From contig JARYMF010000006.1 in assembly GCA_029907255.1 (NCBI GenBank), forward strand, positions 70,426 to 134,425: a stretch of DNA of 64,000 nucleotides, written 5' to 3'. The position numbers were made by a program, and so were the translations under genes. This stretch comes from Armatimonadota bacterium (lineage in GTDB: Bacteria > Armatimonadota > UBA5829 > DTJY01). The notes under the pieces were generated by a model. The model did no database searches. It saw only the letters and a list, made by a program, of their open reading frames with translations, and was not told the origin of the DNA. This document shows positions 44,043 to 53,486 of this stretch, one piece after another (the first letter of the stretch is position 1; every line of letters begins with the position of its first letter).

Positions 44043-44049
44043 AGTAGCT

Positions 44050-44515
44050 AAGTCAACTTAAAACCGAAAAAGGCGAAGACGAGGACGAGTACCCGCTCCA
44101 GGAAATGCCTGGGAATTCGAATCACAAACTAATTAGGCGCAGTATTACGCTAAAGTGTTCGAATTAGCGACATGGTTACAGAGAACCGGGGCAGCTGAGA
44201 ACCGGAACCTAATGTCGGCGGGGAATATCACCTTCGAGCTGGAACGGCGAAAACAAGCACAACCAGCAACCATTTCGGTCGAAAGAGTAGTTAGGCGCGG
44301 ATGTTGTGTTTGCCATTAGTCGTTCACGGGAGCTCCCGTTACAGAGCAAGAGAATGTCGGAATGCAACGAATAACGTATTAACCTAGATTTTTCTCGTTA
44401 TCCGTTGGTTCCTAGTTCTCTGCGAGGTCGGCGGCGCGAGCCGTTGGCGAAAATGGGTGGTACCACGAAGGCTTATGCCTCTCGTCCCGTTAGTGGGTCG
44501 AGAGGCTATTTTATT
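44050..44515 (+). promoter_or_regulatory. T-box riboswitch leader (tRNA-Ile-responsive) with intrinsic terminator
   Basis: T-box sequence AAAATGGGTGGTACCACG at 44445..44462. A terminator hairpin GCCTCTCG...CGAGAGGC (44477..44506) is followed by TATTTTATTT. A candidate specifier AUC+A is seen in 'aatATCAcc' around 44229. Confidence 0.65.
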
Positions 44516-44566
44516 TCAAATTAGCTATACCAATACTAAGTCATTCTAGCTCTTGGGGGTCGTTCG

Positions 44567-47500
44567 ATGTTTAAAGAAGCAAAGAGCAGTTTGAACTTTC
44601 CAGAGATGGAACACGAAGTACTAAAATTCTGGGAAGAAAGACGAATATTCGATAAATTAAGGCAAAAGAACCATGGCCGGAAGCATTGGTCGTTCATTGA
44701 TGGCCCTATAACAGCGAACAACCCTATGGGGGTCCACCATGCTTGGGGCCGAACCTACAAAGACATCTTCCAGCGCTTTAAGGCAATGCAAGGTTATGAC
44801 CAGCGCTATCAGAACGGCTTTGACTGCCAGGGTCTTTGGGTCGAGGTCGAAGTTGAGAAAGAGCTAGGCTTAAACTCCAAGCGTGAAATCCTTGAATATG
44901 GGCTAGACCGCTTCGCTGAGGCATGCCGTAAGCGCGTGGAAAAATTTTCTGCGATACAAACCGAGCAATCGAAGCGGCTTGGCCAGTGGATGGACTGGGA
45001 AAACTCGTACTTTACGTATACTGACACCAACATCGAATATATCTGGCATTTTCTGAAGACCTGCCATGAGAGAGGTTGGCTTTACAAGGGTCAACGGGCT
45101 ATGCCATGGTGTGTTCGATGCGGCACTTCGCTTTCTCAGCATGAACTAATTGATTCCTACCGCGAAATGACTCACACGTCGGTATACCTTAAGCTACCAA
45201 TATTGGAGCGTGAAGGCGAGTACATGATGGTATGGACAACCACGCCTTGGACGCTCGCGGGCAATGTCGCGCTAGCGGTTCATCCAGACCTTGACTATGC
45301 CAAGGTAAGACAAAACAATGAAATCCTCTACTTGTCAGCTGGAACTATCTCAAAACTGAACGGCGATTATGAAATACTTGGCACCGTTAAAGGTAGCGAA
45401 CTTGTCGGACTGCACTACAAGGGGCCACTATTTGATTTGCCAGCCCAATCGCAAGTTGAGCCACGGGTAGTTCCTTGGGACCTCGTTGGCGAGGAAGAGG
45501 GAGTAGGTGTAGTCCACATCGCTCCTGGCTGCGGTGCAGAAGACTACGAGCTTTCGCAAGAGCTTGGGCTGCCTGTAATCTTACCCATTGACGAAAATGG
45601 CTATTACTACAGCGGATTCGGTTGGCTCGAAGGAAAGTTCGTGGGTGACGTGGCACCTCTGATTTTCCAAGATCTGGAAAACAAAGGAATGCTCTATAAG
45701 ACTGAAGAGTATTTGCATAGGTACCCCGTATGCTGGCGGTGTCATGAAGAACTCGTTTTCCGGCTAGTAGATGAATGGTTCATAGCATGCGACCAACTCC
45801 GAGAGCCTATGATTCGCGAAGCTAGAAAAGTTCACTGGGTACCGGATTATGCTGGCAAGCGGATGGAAGATTGGCTCAACAATATGGGCGACTGGTGTAT
45901 CTCGCGAAAACGCTTCTGGGGACTCCCTCTCCCATTTTATAAGTGTGCGTGCGGTGAGATGACAATAATAGGGTCGAAAAAGGAGCTCGAATCGCTAGCA
46001 GTCTGCGGCTTAGAGCAATTGCGCGAGCTTCACCGCCCATGGATAGATGCCGTCAAGATCAAATGTCCAAAATGCGGGCAGGTTGCTGAGCGTATTCCCG
46101 AGGTTGGTGACTGTTGGCTCGATGCTGGTATTGTCGCTTTTTCGACGCTCGGTTACCTCGAGGAAGACAATTCATACTGGCAAAAGTGGTTCCCTGCTGA
46201 CTTTGTCGTGGAAATGCGGGAACAAATCCGCCTTTGGTTCTACGCAATGCTCTTTATGAGTGTAACCCTGGTAGGCAGGGCACCATACAAGACAGTGCTG
46301 GTATATGAGAAAGTTCACGACGAACATGGCCGCCCCATGCATAAAAGCCATGGAAATGCTATATGGTTTGATGAGGCAGTTGAGAAAATGGGCGCTGATG
46401 TTATGCGCTGGATTTATGCAGGGTCGAATATCCAAAACAACCTAAATTTTGGCTACAGCAAAGGTGCAGAGGTAGTTCGCAATCTGCTCACCCTTTGGAA
46501 CGTATATTCATTCTTTACAACCTATGCAGTAGTTGATAAGTGGTTACCATCTGAAAAATCAAACCAGGCAAAAAAATCCGAGCTCGATCGCTGGATTCTT
46601 TCTCGACTGCACAGCCTCGTCGCTGAAGCAACAAAGGCTATGGAAGCATTCGATGTTGCTCATGTAACCCATGCGGTTGAAGCATTCGTGGATGACCTCT
46701 CAAATTGGTACGTCCGCTTAAGCAGGCGAAGGTTCTGGAAAAGCGAGTCCGACGAGGACAAGGAGGCGGCATACTCAACCTTATATGAGGTACTAGTTAC
46801 GCTTACAAAGCTCCTTGCGCCAATAATGCCATTTATGACTGAGACAATATACCAAAATTTAGTATGCTCAGTATCACCCAACGCGCCAGAGAGCGTTCAT
46901 TTATGTGATTGGCCGGTAGCAGACGAGTCAATGATTGACCAAAGATTAATGGAAGAAACCGATGCTGTGATGAAAATTGTGAGACTCGGGCGCGCCGCTC
47001 GCAACACCGCTGGGATAAAAGTTCGCCAGCCACTTTCAGCGCTCATGATTAAACCAGCCAACGAAATTGAGCGCGAAGCAGTCATACGAAATGAAAGATT
47101 GATTCTCGATGAGTTAAACATAAAGGCGCTTAAGCTGGTGGATGATGCGTCAGCGCTAATAAGGTACGCAATTAAACCTAACTTCTCTATTCTTGGGCCA
47201 AAATATGGCAAGTTAATGCCAAAGATACAAGCGGCTCTTGCCTCTGGAAACAACGGTGACATAGCTGCAAAAGTTCTTTCTAAGGAAAACATTACGCTAG
47301 AAATAGACGGCCAAGCCATAACTTTGGGTCCAGATGAGCTTTCAGTCGAAGCAGTAACGCCAGACAATTTGACTTGTGCCGAAGAAGCTGAAACAGTGGT
47401 TGCAGTGGATGTCACACTCACCAACGACTTAATCCAGGAAGGCCTTGTAAGAGATTTAGTACGGCATATCCAAAACATGCGAAAAGAATGCGGTTTCAAC

Positions 47501-47698
47501 GTAGAAGACCGAATAACGATTGAATATAATACTGACGGCAAGCTTGAAGAGGCGATTATAAAGCATTCGGACTACATTTGCCAGGAAACTCTGGCCAACT
47601 CTTTAAGCAAAACCAATGATGGAGAGTCGTTCTCGAAGATAAAAATCGGCGGCGAGGAGGTTTTCCTGCGTTTGAACAGGGTCCAAGCACGCCGTTGA
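44567..47698 (+). CDS. ileS: isoleucine-tRNA ligase, long (type 2-like) form
   Basis: 1043 aa. HIGH-region PITANNPMGVHHAWGRT, a KMSKS-like HKSHGNAI, and the CP1 editing domain are present. The C-terminal extension is typical of type 2 IleS. Confidence 0.95.
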   Translation: MFKEAKSSLNFPEMEHEVLKFWEERRIFDKLRQKNHGRKHWSFIDGPITANNPMGVHHAWGRTYKDIFQRFKAMQGYDQRYQNGFDCQGLWVEVEVEKELGLNSKREILEYGLDRFAEACRKRVEKFSAIQTEQSKRLGQWMDWENSYFTYTDTNIEYIWHFLKTCHERGWLYKGQRAMPWCVRCGTSLSQHELIDSYREMTHTSVYLKLPILEREGEYMMVWTTTPWTLAGNVALAVHPDLDYAKVRQNNEILYLSAGTISKLNGDYEILGTVKGSELVGLHYKGPLFDLPAQSQVEPRVVPWDLVGEEEGVGVVHIAPGCGAEDYELSQELGLPVILPIDENGYYYSGFGWLEGKFVGDVAPLIFQDLENKGMLYKTEEYLHRYPVCWRCHEELVFRLVDEWFIACDQLREPMIREARKVHWVPDYAGKRMEDWLNNMGDWCISRKRFWGLPLPFYKCACGEMTIIGSKKELESLAVCGLEQLRELHRPWIDAVKIKCPKCGQVAERIPEVGDCWLDAGIVAFSTLGYLEEDNSYWQKWFPADFVVEMREQIRLWFYAMLFMSVTLVGRAPYKTVLVYEKVHDEHGRPMHKSHGNAIWFDEAVEKMGADVMRWIYAGSNIQNNLNFGYSKGAEVVRNLLTLWNVYSFFTTYAVVDKWLPSEKSNQAKKSELDRWILSRLHSLVAEATKAMEAFDVAHVTHAVEAFVDDLSNWYVRLSRRRFWKSESDEDKEAAYSTLYEVLVTLTKLLAPIMPFMTETIYQNLVCSVSPNAPESVHLCDWPVADESMIDQRLMEETDAVMKIVRLGRAARNTAGIKVRQPLSALMIKPANEIEREAVIRNERLILDELNIKALKLVDDASALIRYAIKPNFSILGPKYGKLMPKIQAALASGNNGDIAAKVLSKENITLEIDGQAITLGPDELSVEAVTPDNLTCAEEAETVVAVDVTLTNDLIQEGLVRDLVRHIQNMRKECGFNVEDRITIEYNTDGKLEEAIIKHSDYICQETLANSLSKTNDGESFSKIKIGGEEVFLRLNRVQARR

Positions 47699-47779
47699 GA
47701 ATCAAGCGAAAACAGAAAGCTACTAAAGGCAAGCATAGTCTTTGGTAATTGCCTAACGATTGCAAAAGCTTATAAAGTG

Positions 47780-47808
47780 GCAGGGTGTTTTATAGACGCC
47801 CTGCCATA
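47780..47808. terminator. stem-loop after ileS (+) / ASCH gene (-)
   Basis: TGGCAGGG-tgttttatagacg-CCCTGCCA followed by TAAAATTT. Confidence 0.45.
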
Positions 47809-47824
47809 AAATTTACAGTTTTCC

Positions 47825-48214
47825 TTATTCCATTACGCGAGAAAAATGAACAATTGTAACAAGATCCTCAGGGGTAACTGGGCGGTCATAGATACGACTA
47901 AGGAGGTTAATTACATCTTCCACATGTCGAAGCTCGGGACTTTCCTTTTCAACCTCGCGTGGGGTTAGCTCAGAAGCTCGCTTGACAGTTACGCTATCAA
48001 TTATTGCAGTGAAAAGCCTTTGCCTTGGGCCATACTTGCGCCCAACTGTTATCCAAACTAGCTGGCCAGAGCGATATTTGTCGCTCTTGTCTCCAAGCCG
48101 GATTGTCGCCGTTTTGCGACCTTTCCTGAGCATATCCGCATAGGCTTCTGAATAGAAGTTTATCGCAAACATTACACTCGCCCTATAAATGGTGGTACCC
48201 AAAGCACTTTTCAA
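47825..48214 (-). CDS. ASCH (PUA-like) domain protein
   Basis: LRKGRKTATIRLG resembles the ASCH GxKxxExR motif. Length is 129 aa or less. Confidence 0.4.
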   Translation of the reverse strand: MKSALGTTIYRASVMFAINFYSEAYADMLRKGRKTATIRLGDKSDKYRSGQLVWITVGRKYGPRQRLFTAIIDSVTVKRASELTPREVEKESPELRHVEDVINLLSRIYDRPVTPEDLVTIVHFSRVME

Positions 48215-48338
48215 GCGAGTAAGTCTTTACGCCCGCTTAAATGATATTATATGAGATAAAACCGCTTGCTGTCAAGAAAAATGCCAACCACCCAAACAAC
48301 CGGATGGTCGGCAAGAAACACTGCTGCAAGAAAGGTGT

Positions 48339-48623
48339 CTATCTATATCCTTCCAGTTCTTTCTCCATAGAGAGGCCTCCCTTTTTCTCGTCAATCCTAA
48401 TTTCTGTAATGACTCGGGGGGCGCCTTTAGCAAGAACCGACTGATGCGCATGCTTGACCGCTTCCAGAATCTGGTCCAACTCTCCCTCTATGGTAGTGCC
48501 CAAAGCGCCCACCTCGTGCTTCAATCCAGCTTTCTTTATCTCTTCAATTGCCGTATCCACGAAAGGCCTCATCTCGCCTTCAACCATTGGCGTAACACTG
48601 AATTCTGCTAGCACTGCCGACAT
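48339..48623 (-). CDS. MTH1187/YkoF-family (DUF77) small ligand-binding protein
   Basis: About 95 aa from MSAVLAEFSVTPMVEGE. The ferredoxin-like family signature VxPxG is at the N-terminus. The track ORF has a 23-codon 5' extension. Confidence 0.6.
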   Translation of the reverse strand: MSAVLAEFSVTPMVEGEMRPFVDTAIEEIKKAGLKHEVGALGTTIEGELDQILEAVKHAHQSVLAKGAPRVITEIRIDEKKGGLSMEKELEGYR

Positions 48624-48715
48624 GTTGTTCCCTCCTATATGTAAACCCTTTTGCAAATATGGAAATTCGTAAAAAGAATACCCATGAGGCAAATAGTAAA
48701 AACGGCTAACTTCTA

Positions 48716-49501
48716 TTAACCTTTCGGGCCAATAATCTCAACACGCGTACCTAGAGGCGTCATTTCATAGAGTTGCTTTGCATCTTGGATTGTTAGTCGA
48801 TTGCATCCATGAGAAGCGGGACGTCCTAAGAGGTAATATTGAGTTCTAGGTGTGGCATGGATAAAGTGCCCCTCGTGATACCGCATTGCCCAAAGCATGG
48901 CAACATTAAACTGCGATGACCAATGGTATTTCGTTTTAGAAAGAATGCTGAAAACGCCAGCATGATCATGGATTCTTCGTGGACTTTTGGGCGAGTAAAC
49001 CCAATTATAGGCCGCCGAGGATGTTGTTAGATAAGCATGAGTAAGCTTTCCATCCCTCTGCACATATAGTCGCTGGTTAATTCGCAAATGCAAATCAAGA
49101 TAGATTCCATCAGCCCTTCGGTTTGCGAGAACTGCAGGGCGAAACCGATATGATTTCTCCTCTTTCCCCAAAAGCTTACCAGCGTCATTATAAGCCTTGA
49201 TTTTAACCGAAAAGACAAGTGAATCAATCCAAGGCACCGTGAAGTGGAGCACACTCTGAGCTGCCGGTACCTTTCCAATTAAGTAGGAAAATTCCCCACG
49301 CGACTGACCGCCAAGCGGTGTGCGAGTGCCACTGATTGCAACGACGACGGTCTCCGCTCCACCGGCAGACCACTCGAGTGCGAATGTCTCGCCCTCGACC
49401 ACCTCTATCTGCGAAGGCCACGTAACGTAAAGCGCCTGTGCGCATACATCGGATGCAATAAAACTTATTAGGAAACCCAAAGGTAAAACAATTAGCCGCA
49501 T
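48716..49501 (-). CDS. L,D-transpeptidase (YkuD domain) with signal peptide
   Basis: C-terminal catalytic motif ASHGCNRLTIQDAKQLY (His/Cys dyad) and N-terminal signal MRLIVLPLGFLISFIASDVCAQA. Confidence 0.75.
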   Translation of the reverse strand: MRLIVLPLGFLISFIASDVCAQALYVTWPSQIEVVEGETFALEWSAGGAETVVVAISGTRTPLGGQSRGEFSYLIGKVPAAQSVLHFTVPWIDSLVFSVKIKAYNDAGKLLGKEEKSYRFRPAVLANRRADGIYLDLHLRINQRLYVQRDGKLTHAYLTTSSAAYNWVYSPKSPRRIHDHAGVFSILSKTKYHWSSQFNVAMLWAMRYHEGHFIHATPRTQYYLLGRPASHGCNRLTIQDAKQLYEMTPLGTRVEIIGPKG

Positions 49502-49617
49502 TTAAAACTCTTTTTCGAAATTACTATGAATACAAGTTGAGGTCTCTAAGAAACTCTTTATGAGTTACGATTATGATTTACTCCTTTATTTGCGAAAATC
49601 TAAATTACTAATCGGGG

Positions 49618-49701
<84 letters not shown>

Positions 49702-49782
49702 TGTGGGGAGAGTGATTTTTTAAAATTATATCATAATACAACTTCAACGACAATATTAGGGCGCTTAGATAGTAACCTTTCG

Positions 49783-49811
49783 TTGACAAAGAGCACTGCC
49801 CTTGTTATTAT
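49783..49811 (+). promoter_or_regulatory. putative sigma-70 promoter TTGACA-17-TATTAT for the NurA-HerA cassette
   Basis: Read directly about 80 nt downstream of the tRNA-Leu. The track ORF's TTG start coincides with the -35 element. Confidence 0.35.
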
Positions 49812-49860
49812 TGGCAAAACACACGTTCGCCTTACTTTTTCTGCTAGACCGGTTGCCAAC

Positions 49861-51021
49861 ATGCTTGAACTAGAGAAAATCGCACCCGCCGTGAAAGAGT
49901 TTGCCCGTGAAAAAGCAGATGTACTTAGGGGGCTGGGCGATCAATTCTCGGTGGCGAATAGAGTTATCAACGACATATGTTCAGATGTTAACCGCGCCCA
50001 CAGCCGAATCGAAAAAGCCAGGACCTCCTGGCTGATTGCTGACTTCCTTGAGCCCCTGGATGTGGCTCACCAGTGTCCCACGTGTCCACATCCCCATGCT
50101 GTAATCGCGGTTGACGGCTCACAGATCGCCCCTGGCAAGCATGAAATTGCATTGTGTTTTCTAATTAACACGGCGGCTGTTGTTATCTACTACGGAACCA
50201 GCGAGCGGCCATATGCCGAAACAAAACCCGAGTTGTGCTACACAGAAGATAAACTATATGAAGACTATGCTGGCCGTCGCGTGCAAATTGCTGATAAATT
50301 TCTCGGCATCCGCCGAACCCTCGCCGAAAGCGACCACCTCGAGCAAACACTTCGAGAGGTTGCGTCAAAGGGCATCCCGGCTGTGGCACTGTGGGACGGA
50401 AGCCTAATACGATGGACCCTTGAAAGCGAGCCAACAGACTACAAAAATAGGGTGCTAGCTCAATACCTTAAGGTATTCGAAACTGCGAGAGAAAAACGCA
50501 TACCAATTGTAGGCTATATTAGCGACCCGGGAAGCAAAGATTTCGTCAACTCCCTTAGGATAATGCTCTGTCCAGACGAACAAGTCGACTGCGACAAATG
50601 CGGGCGAGAGCCACCTCGCCCTTGTGATGCGGTAAATCAACTCAGCGATGGAGTAATATTTGAGAGGCGTTTGGAGCCCGGTTGCCGATCTGCTCTCTTC
50701 ACTAGCAGATCAAAAATACTGGCACAATATGGAGAACATGAAGTTCAAGCTTGCTACTTGAACCTTGGGCAAGAGGTAGCTAGGCTGGAAATCCCAAAGT
50801 GGGTTGCGGAGGACGACGAGCTTCTTAATATGGTCCATGCTGTGTGCTATGACCAAGCAGAAAAAGGCCGGGGCTATCCTGTTGCCCTCTCACAGGCTCA
50901 CGAGCGAGCAGTCGTTACCGCAAAAGACAAAGCTGAATTCTTCGAATTGATAAAGCACTTTTTCGTAAAGCATGGCGTACGTGTAAGCCACAGTTTGAAA
51001 AGGATATCGAAGGGATTCTAA
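49861..51021 (+). CDS. NurA-like nuclease domain protein
   Basis: IAVDGSQIAPG (N-terminal Asp motif), ALWDGSLI and VGYISDPGSKDFVNSLR resemble the NurA 5'-3' nuclease fold. There are two Cys pairs (CPTCPHPH, CDKCGREPPRPC). The start is taken at ATG 49861 (MLELEK); the track uses TTG 49783. Confidence 0.5.
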   Translation: MLELEKIAPAVKEFAREKADVLRGLGDQFSVANRVINDICSDVNRAHSRIEKARTSWLIADFLEPLDVAHQCPTCPHPHAVIAVDGSQIAPGKHEIALCFLINTAAVVIYYGTSERPYAETKPELCYTEDKLYEDYAGRRVQIADKFLGIRRTLAESDHLEQTLREVASKGIPAVALWDGSLIRWTLESEPTDYKNRVLAQYLKVFETAREKRIPIVGYISDPGSKDFVNSLRIMLCPDEQVDCDKCGREPPRPCDAVNQLSDGVIFERRLEPGCRSALFTSRSKILAQYGEHEVQACYLNLGQEVARLEIPKWVAEDDELLNMVHAVCYDQAEKGRGYPVALSQAHERAVVTAKDKAEFFELIKHFFVKHGVRVSHSLKRISKGF

Positions 51022-51069
51022 TTTCATTTTCTTTTACATAGCATCAAAAAGCTAGAGTAGGAGCAAAAG

Positions 51070-51804
51070 ATGACATCCGAGGAGTGCATTGGCGAGATAA
51101 TTGAAGCGACAACTACGGAATTTCTTGCCGAGAGCCGCGAGCTCCATGCCCCACCGGCATTCGGCAGCTTCGTGAAGGTTCCTTTCGACTTGCAACAAAC
51201 AAGTCCGGAATCTCTGCCAACCATAACTAGCTCACAAGAAGAAAAAGATCCCTTCGAGGAACCATGGAAGCGTTTGGAGGGAACCTTCAGCCAATCATAT
51301 AAATCGCTCGTCGAAGGCGAGGAGGAATTACAGATTCCACCTGCCATCTTCGGCATCGTCTACCACTCAGCCACGATGAATGTTGACTCAAACCGACGGC
51401 CCAGGGCTTACTGGAAAGACGAAGAAAAGCTAAAGGAAGAACAACCTGAGCTTGCAGAATGGCTGTTAATGACCGAATTTAGAGCCATAATTATTGGCTT
51501 CTCAGAAAATGGACGCATCCGTCGGTACCTGCCGCCTCGGCCGCCTAAGATACACTATTTTGTCTATCCTTGCACCACCGATGAAATTCGTGCGATTACA
51601 CAAAGTATGGACTTTCTTAGAACGTTGTCAAGTTTCCGCAACGCCCCATCAGACGAAGTAATTGCGGCATGCATTCGTGAAGCGGCAAGAGCACATCAGC
51701 CAAACGATTTTGAATTCAAAGTTGCCGCTGGGAAAAAACTTGCCAATCTGTTAAAAGATGACTATGAACGCTTGGAAGCAATCATAAGGAGGGTTGCTCC
51801 ATGA
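51070..51804 (+). CDS. hypothetical protein, unknown accessory component between the NurA-like and HerA-like genes
   Basis: 244 aa with the RBS AGGAG and a 4 nt ATGA overlap with the HerA-like gene. No motif could be recognised. The N-terminal half is acidic and the C-terminal half basic. Confidence 0.5.
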   Translation: MTSEECIGEIIEATTTEFLAESRELHAPPAFGSFVKVPFDLQQTSPESLPTITSSQEEKDPFEEPWKRLEGTFSQSYKSLVEGEEELQIPPAIFGIVYHSATMNVDSNRRPRAYWKDEEKLKEEQPELAEWLLMTEFRAIIIGFSENGRIRRYLPPRPPKIHYFVYPCTTDEIRAITQSMDFLRTLSSFRNAPSDEVIAACIREAARAHQPNDFEFKVAAGKKLANLLKDDYERLEAIIRRVAP

Positions 51805-53486
51805 ATGACCGCACTGGAAACGAAAACAAGGGATTTGTGGCTCCACCCAGTCGAAAAGAAATCGGTTTAGTGGTGAGCGGCTCTCTTCTTGAAGGCCTTA
51901 AGATGAAACTCCATCCAGACCAATCGGTCGAGGATATCCGTGCAGGTAAGTTTGTTGTCATCGAGGGCGAAAAGCATGAATTCTTTTCGATGATTACCGA
52001 CGTTGTGCTTGAGACTTCAATCCGCGGCTTACTCGACAATCCTCCGAGGCGCGATAATGAACTTATGCACCAGGTTATCAGCGGCACAGCAACATATGGA
52101 ACAATTCAACTTCGTCCGATGCTTATGCTCCCCTCGGGTTCAGAAGGCGAACTCCGACCTGTTAAAACGATTCCTGGACACTTTAGCCCAGTTTTTACTG
52201 CAGATAAAACAGATGTCAGCCGGATATTCGGCGATGAGAAGGCAGACCCAAAGTTCTTCCACATTGGCACGCCACTCGATATGGAAGATACGCCAGTCTG
52301 TCTGAACCTAGATCGCTTCGTCGAACGTAGCAACGGAATATTCGGCAAATCCGGCACAGGAAAAACGTTCCTAACCCGCATCGTTCTCTGCGGCATCATC
52401 AAGAACCGCAAGGCTGTCAATCTAGTCTTCGATATGCACAGCGAATACGGTTGGAAGGGAACGATTGAAAGTGATGGCGGCAGGGCAGAAGTTCGAGGCT
52501 TAAAGCAATATTTCCAGGACCGTGTTGCTGTGTTTTCCCTCGACCCTGAATCATCTAGGCGGAGGGGAGCACCAGTTGATTTCGAGGTAAAAATTCCTTA
52601 CAGCCAGGTAACCGTTGATGATATTATACTCCTCCAAAATGAACTTAATCTCGCCCCTACTGCTTTGGAGACATCATACGCCCTCATAAATAAATTCGGG
52701 GAGAGTTTGTGGCTTAGCAAACTAGTAAAAATGAGCGCTGAAGAAATGGTTGAATTTTGCCAAACCAACAACATACACCAGCGCTCTTTGGAAGCACTGC
52801 AGAGAAAACTTAAGGTGCTTACCGAAAGCTGTAAATCATTCTTAATTGATGATTCTTTGCAACGTGTAGATATAGATGCTGTCAAACAAATAATGAGCTA
52901 TCTTGATGATGGCAAACACGTAGTGCTCGAATTTGGTCAGCATACCCAGCCCCTTAGGTACATGCTGGTCGCCAACATACTTACTAGGCGGATTCACGAT
53001 GCCTACGTAAAAAAGACTGAGGAAGCTCTGGGTGGAAGTGAGTCAAAGCCGACGCCCCTTATAATTACCATAGAGGAGGCACACAAATTTCTCAGCCCGC
53101 CGGTGGCGAATCAAACAATATTTGGAACAATCGCTCGCGAAATGCGTAAGTACAATGTGACGCTGTTAGTTGTGGACCAGCGACCTTCAGGGATTGACGA
53201 TGAGGTATTATCGCAGGTTGGCACGCGAATAACTTGTCTATTAAACGATGAGAGGGATATTGACGCGGTGCTGACAGGCGTGAGCAACGCATCAGGATTA
53301 AGAGGCGTGCTTGCAACCCTTGACAGTAAGCAGCAAGCATTGATTCTTGGTCATGCAGTACCAATGCCTATTGTGATTCAAACACGCTTTTATGACGATG
53401 AGGACTTCCGCCTCAGCATGGGACAAATTCCTTCTGACAAGCTGGACGAACAAATAGAACATGAAATAAGCCGTGATTTCGCATAA
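51801..53486 (+). CDS. HerA-like (DUF87/FtsK-HerA superfamily) hexameric ATPase
   Basis: N-terminal HAS-barrel-like region, Walker A GKSGTGKT, and the hallmark LLVVDQRPSGIDDEVLSQVGTRITCLLNDERD arginine-finger region. Confidence 0.8.
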   Translation: MNDRTGNENKGFVAPPSRKEIGLVVSGSLLEGLKMKLHPDQSVEDIRAGKFVVIEGEKHEFFSMITDVVLETSIRGLLDNPPRRDNELMHQVISGTATYGTIQLRPMLMLPSGSEGELRPVKTIPGHFSPVFTADKTDVSRIFGDEKADPKFFHIGTPLDMEDTPVCLNLDRFVERSNGIFGKSGTGKTFLTRIVLCGIIKNRKAVNLVFDMHSEYGWKGTIESDGGRAEVRGLKQYFQDRVAVFSLDPESSRRRGAPVDFEVKIPYSQVTVDDIILLQNELNLAPTALETSYALINKFGESLWLSKLVKMSAEEMVEFCQTNNIHQRSLEALQRKLKVLTESCKSFLIDDSLQRVDIDAVKQIMSYLDDGKHVVLEFGQHTQPLRYMLVANILTRRIHDAYVKKTEEALGGSESKPTPLIITIEEAHKFLSPPVANQTIFGTIAREMRKYNVTLLVVDQRPSGIDDEVLSQVGTRITCLLNDERDIDAVLTGVSNASGLRGVLATLDSKQQALILGHAVPMPIVIQTRFYDDEDFRLSMGQIPSDKLDEQIEHEISRDFA

